A program made the position numbers and the translations under genes. Below the pieces are notes generated by a model. The model was not told where the DNA came from and searched no databases. It saw only the letters and a program-made list of their open reading frames with translations. Below, piece after piece: positions 27,664 to 29,124 of a DNA stretch of 29,124 nt. The stretch is taken from assembly GCA_038214755.1 (NCBI GenBank), contig JBBQRQ010000062.1, positions 1 through 29,124 on the forward strand, given 5' to 3'. The first letter of the stretch is position 1. Every line of letters begins with the position of its first letter. The DNA comes from Verrucomicrobiota bacterium (GTDB taxonomy: Bacteria > Verrucomicrobiota > Verrucomicrobiia > Limisphaerales > CANJXF01).

Positions 27664-28767
27664 TTATCGACTTGTTTTACTTTGTTTCATCCTGCACCAC
27701 CATGTGGCAAATACCATAGGCGGTACAAAAATTAATACTCCGATCAGAATTCGGGCCAAATTGGACTTGGGAGGAAATGGGTTAGACGTTCGTATTATTT
27801 GAGTAATTACTGTTACCTTGCTTTTGATGGATGGAGCATCTTTATTGAGCCAAACACCATTCGTAATAATATACGTAAGAGCGGGACGTAGAACCTCGGG
27901 CTTCGTGTTAAACTCCTTGTCGTAGCGAAAATCGTAAACTTCGGTTTGCCTAGCGATTGTTCGCGGAAGCAGTGATCCCAAGGTCGCGTTTAAAATGAAA
28001 TTTGTTACCTGAAACTCTGCTTTGTAAACAAACTGAAGATCATTTTTGTCCAACGCATTCGGAAATTTCGGAATGTATTGTCTGTATTCGAATATTCTAG
28101 GAAAAATCAAACCCCCAACATTGGTTGTTTCTATAACCTGAAGCTCCCAAACCTTGTATTCATTATTATACGCCTTCGGTAAAGTCATCACTTTGTCCTT
28201 CACCAGAAACGCTGGCGAATAACCCTCTATTCTAACTGGTAGTTTAGGCTCATGCGTAGACCACTCTATTTTGCTAGTCGTTGCGTTAGTGGGAACGTAT
28301 GAAAGATCATTCAATGGCAAAAAACTTCCCTGAGGAGAAAGCAAATATTCCGTAGCCGAGGATAGTAGCCATATACATTGCACCGGCTTCAGCGATTTGA
28401 CGGGAAATGCCCCAGAACTTACATACCCCACTTCTTTATACCCACTATTCTTCCTTTTGTCGTCCCACGATGGCCATTGCTGTTCAAGAAAATAATTATC
28501 AATTCCATCACTCCCCGTCTCCTCGTCCCAATAGTACTCACCATCAACCGACCTTGCATTTATGCGATATGACTTATCGCGAACCTCGAGTGAAAAATTC
28601 CAGTGATCAGCAACAATCGCTTTGCCATCCTTTAAAAGTTTCCAAGTGAAATTACCCTGAGCAATATATTCGTCTGCGTAGCTTTTATCAATGTTAGTTA
28701 AATTTACTAACATTAAAAATAAAAATATAGGGATATGTTTCAGATCGGTGGACATCATAATCATCAC
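27664..28767 (-). CDS. Exported protein with C-terminal membrane anchor (cassette partner 1)
   Basis: Signal peptide, C-terminal TM plus basic tail; divergent paralog of 26107-27195; visibly AT-rich. Confidence 0.75.
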   Translation of the reverse strand: MMIMMSTDLKHIPIFLFLMLVNLTNIDKSYADEYIAQGNFTWKLLKDGKAIVADHWNFSLEVRDKSYRINARSVDGEYYWDEETGSDGIDNYFLEQQWPSWDDKRKNSGYKEVGYVSSGAFPVKSLKPVQCIWLLSSATEYLLSPQGSFLPLNDLSYVPTNATTSKIEWSTHEPKLPVRIEGYSPAFLVKDKVMTLPKAYNNEYKVWELQVIETTNVGGLIFPRIFEYRQYIPKFPNALDKNDLQFVYKAEFQVTNFILNATLGSLLPRTIARQTEVYDFRYDKEFNTKPEVLRPALTYIITNGVWLNKDAPSIKSKVTVITQIIRTSNPFPPKSNLARILIGVLIFVPPMVFATWWCRMKQSKTSR

Positions 28768-28836
28768 CGCCGGGAACTTGAACGTGGTTTGGCAGGCTGA
28801 ATCAGGCGGGAACGGAGCAAGACAAGAATGAAGGAG

Positions 28837-28864
28837 TTTGTACCCCCCCCCCGCGTTTTCTCAA
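28837..28864 (-). promoter_or_regulatory. Candidate sigma70-like promoter with G10 tract in the spacer
   Basis: Minus strand TTGAGA-AAACGC-G10-TACAAA (16-nt spacer), ~70 bp upstream of the first cluster gene. The -10 match is imperfect. Confidence 0.3.
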
Positions 28865-29009
28865 ATTTATTGTTCATAAATTTTCCCTGACAGAGAGCCA
28901 AAATTCTGTCGGCAAAATCTGGTGATATGAATTGACCTTATGGAAATTTCTGAATGTGTCAAACTTTCTTTTGCAAATTCGCGAATTATTTTTTGGAGGG
29001 AAGCTTCTC

Positions 29010-29124
29010 AACGCAGAAGTCGGAACGCGGAACGCAGAATGCGGAGAAAGAGAGGATCGAAGATGGAGGATGGAGGATAGAGGGGTTAACATCGAACATC
29101 CAACGTCCAACATTGAACATCGAA
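29010..29124. repeat. Mosaic of heptamer tandem repeats
   Basis: GGAACGC-type, GAGGATG-type and AACATCG/AACATCC-type units in succession, running off the window end. Confidence 0.8.

Noticed and set aside
28874..29113. 79-aa ORF at the window end
   Set aside because: Largely a translation of heptamer repeats.

Overview
29 kb bacterial window. Gene content (DUF1559-type prepilin/H-X9-DG protein, TIGR03790, DUF1573, redoxin-cytochrome-copper monooxygenase fusion) suggests a Verrucomicrobia/PVC genome; this is an inference. The left ~18 kb holds mixed genes: uraD, an M20 amidohydrolase, two response regulators, two c-type cytochrome fusions, a coiled-coil membrane protein, a DUF187 glycoside hydrolase, a frameshifted YihY, TIGR03790, a PhnP-like MBL hydrolase and two toxin-antitoxin-like pairs whose enzyme gene is broken. 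Its intergenic DNA is full of REP-like palindromes, MITE-like elements and 7/8-mer tandem repeats, some nested. At ~18.53 kb a recN gene stops after ~69 codons. From there a ~10.2 kb co-oriented minus-strand cluster runs to 28.77 kb and becomes AT-richer distally. It contains two tandem cassettes, each a ~365-aa membrane-anchored exported protein followed by a small secreted Cys-rich peptide. These are followed by a MauE/DoxX-like protein, an O-antigen-ligase-like protein, a prepilin-type protein, an S9-like peptidase, a second Cys-less MauE-like protein and a hydrolase/transglutaminase-like fusion. This cluster is the best candidate for an undescribed system (disulfide-rich exported peptides with paired partners and maturation genes). 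Two of its genes also carry at least nine in-frame insertions of the repeat types found between genes. All family assignments come from motif recognition by eye, not database searches.
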